Below are positions 63,401 to 64,000 of a stretch of DNA of 64,000 bases, in pieces; position 1 is the first letter of the stretch, and each line of letters starts with the position of its first letter. The notes under the pieces are model-generated. The model had not been told where the DNA came from. It saw only the letters and a program-made list of their open reading frames with translations, and did not search any database. The position numbers were made by a program, and so were the translations under genes. This stretch comes from Amphiscolops sp. MND2022 (taxonomy: Eukaryota), in NCBI GenBank assembly GCA_964187785.1, contig OZ076415.1:55924001-55988000 (forward strand), in the 5' to 3' direction.

Positions 63401-63684
63401 TTTGCAGAAATTTTCGAGAAATATTTTAACTGATCGGTTTTTGCTTCGGCTTCAAAGATTCTATACAATTGGCCTGATAGAGTTTTGACTTTTGAGCGTA
63501 GCACCGGCTTATGCCTACGATTTTTAGTATAAGTCGATATAAGTTTAGTAATAGTAAAATGTTGCTTCTAGGTGTTATCAATGATGACTCGGATGAAGAT
63601 TTTGGAGACGGCGACTTCGGAAACAGTCACGCCAGAGACGATGAAGACAGTGACAGACCTTTCGACCACAACCTCTCCAAAGAT
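51497..63684 (+). CDS. Partial multi-exon gene: Pro-rich N-terminus, CUE-like segment, acidic/basic low-complexity region; continues beyond the window
   Basis: Supported exons: 54249-54471, 55050-55243, about 55593/55597-55743, 55973-56087, 56412-56545, 56768-56869, 57049-57334, 60292-60414, 60497-60753, 61056-61274, 62126-62318, 63572-63684. Boundaries of the ORFs at 51497-51826 and 53590-53847 are unresolved. (K)DAKLSELFPGRDRSKIRRVLMSCKQNMRQSIIKL fits a CUE pattern. Confidence 0.65.
51976..53546 (+). mobile_element. HINE-like family C copy with internal tandem repeat
   Basis: 5' acacttgc-gataa-gcaagtgt; tRNA-like segment at about 52070-52135; aaagggtcccc modules; about 3 tandem units at 52700-53130; 3' aagtgttt + gcgaagc-acg-gcttcgc (53521-53537). 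Confidence 0.8.
57776..58535. mobile_element. Cluster of family A pieces: + copy from 57776, - copy 58131-58535 with a duplicated 5' terminus, and a degenerate 3' end at about 57463
   Basis: ttttagtcggctcttcatgaa at 57776; aacaagccgggaacggcccaagtcggcgcc at 58131; ctatagtctgcgtttttctacgaaa..gactaaaaa twice at about 58446 and 58495. Confidence 0.7.
59009..60206. mobile_element. hAT-like MITE containing a nested family A element
   Basis: TIR cagggcctccgtaaaaataattg / caattatttttacggaggccctg; 8-bp flanks gtaacaat (59001-59008) and gttacaat (60207-60214). Confidence 0.85.
59140..60030 (+). mobile_element. HINE-like family A copy (full length)
   Basis: ttagtcggcgcattttagaagaaaatgagcccgact ... gcgccgactttagacgttctcgtcttgtt. 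Confidence 0.88.
62483..62831. mobile_element. MITE with gcgacaactcatatc subterminal repeats, copy 2
   Basis: Same termini (acgtacggcgacaactcatatcaagcgac ... gatatgagttgttgctatgccc) and a similar AT-rich core to 28219-28664. Confidence 0.75.
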
Positions 63685-64000
63685 GTTAGTTGGTTTCATG
63701 CGCGTGTTCCGAGTGGTTATTATTTTGAGCAGGGTCTTTCTATCACCAATGGCTGTAGAAAAATTCACCTAATTCTGATATGAAAACTTCTGCTGTTTTC
63801 GAGGCGGAGTTTTTGATTCAATAGCTTTGTTTTGCTCCTATCGATTTTTCCCATGCGACATGTATTATAAAGACTTCCCTGTGTATGAAATTTGTGATGC
63901 ATTTTAATTAGGTATTTTGATTTCAATTGTTTGAGTTTCTGTGGATAATCTTTTTCCATTGTGGCAATTGATTTTCATGTTGAAGGACAAGCAGTCAATC

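Noticed and set aside
1-64000. Autonomous Helitron/Helentron (RepHel) or DDE transposase gene
   Set aside because: No HUH, helicase or DDE motifs are recognisable in any ORF, so the mobilising enzymes must be encoded elsewhere.

Overview
AT-rich, intron-rich eukaryotic (animal-like) genomic DNA; no prokaryotic features. Three co-oriented + strand multi-exon genes were assembled by hand from splice signals and reading phase. (1) An SH3BP5/Sab-family coiled-coil gene (8501-16571, possibly to 17332). (2) A 21-exon gene (18093-47711) encoding three RRMs, two extended Tudor domains and a C-terminal coiled coil, a candidate germline/piRNA-type factor. (3) A partial gene (from about 51497, running off the window) with a Pro-rich N-terminus, a CUE-like segment and long acidic/basic low-complexity tracts. 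Introns and intergenic DNA are packed with mobile DNA: two decayed CR1/L2-type LINEs, a 5'-truncated RLE-clade (CRE-like) retrotransposon with an uninterrupted ORF, several TIR MITEs (Tc1/mariner-, hAT- and piggyBac-like, plus GGG..CCC types), a minisatellite and a 200-N gap. The most striking signal is at least three (possibly four) sequence-unrelated families of non-autonomous elements sharing one terminal grammar: 5' hairpin/subTIR ... subTIR + 3' stem-loop, inserted in T-runs with no clear TSD. This is the Helentron-associated (HINE/DINE-1-like) architecture. Supporting signs are compensatory base changes in the 3' stem-loop, a head-to-tail dimer and multi-level nesting. Protein identities come from motif recognition only; no database searches were run.
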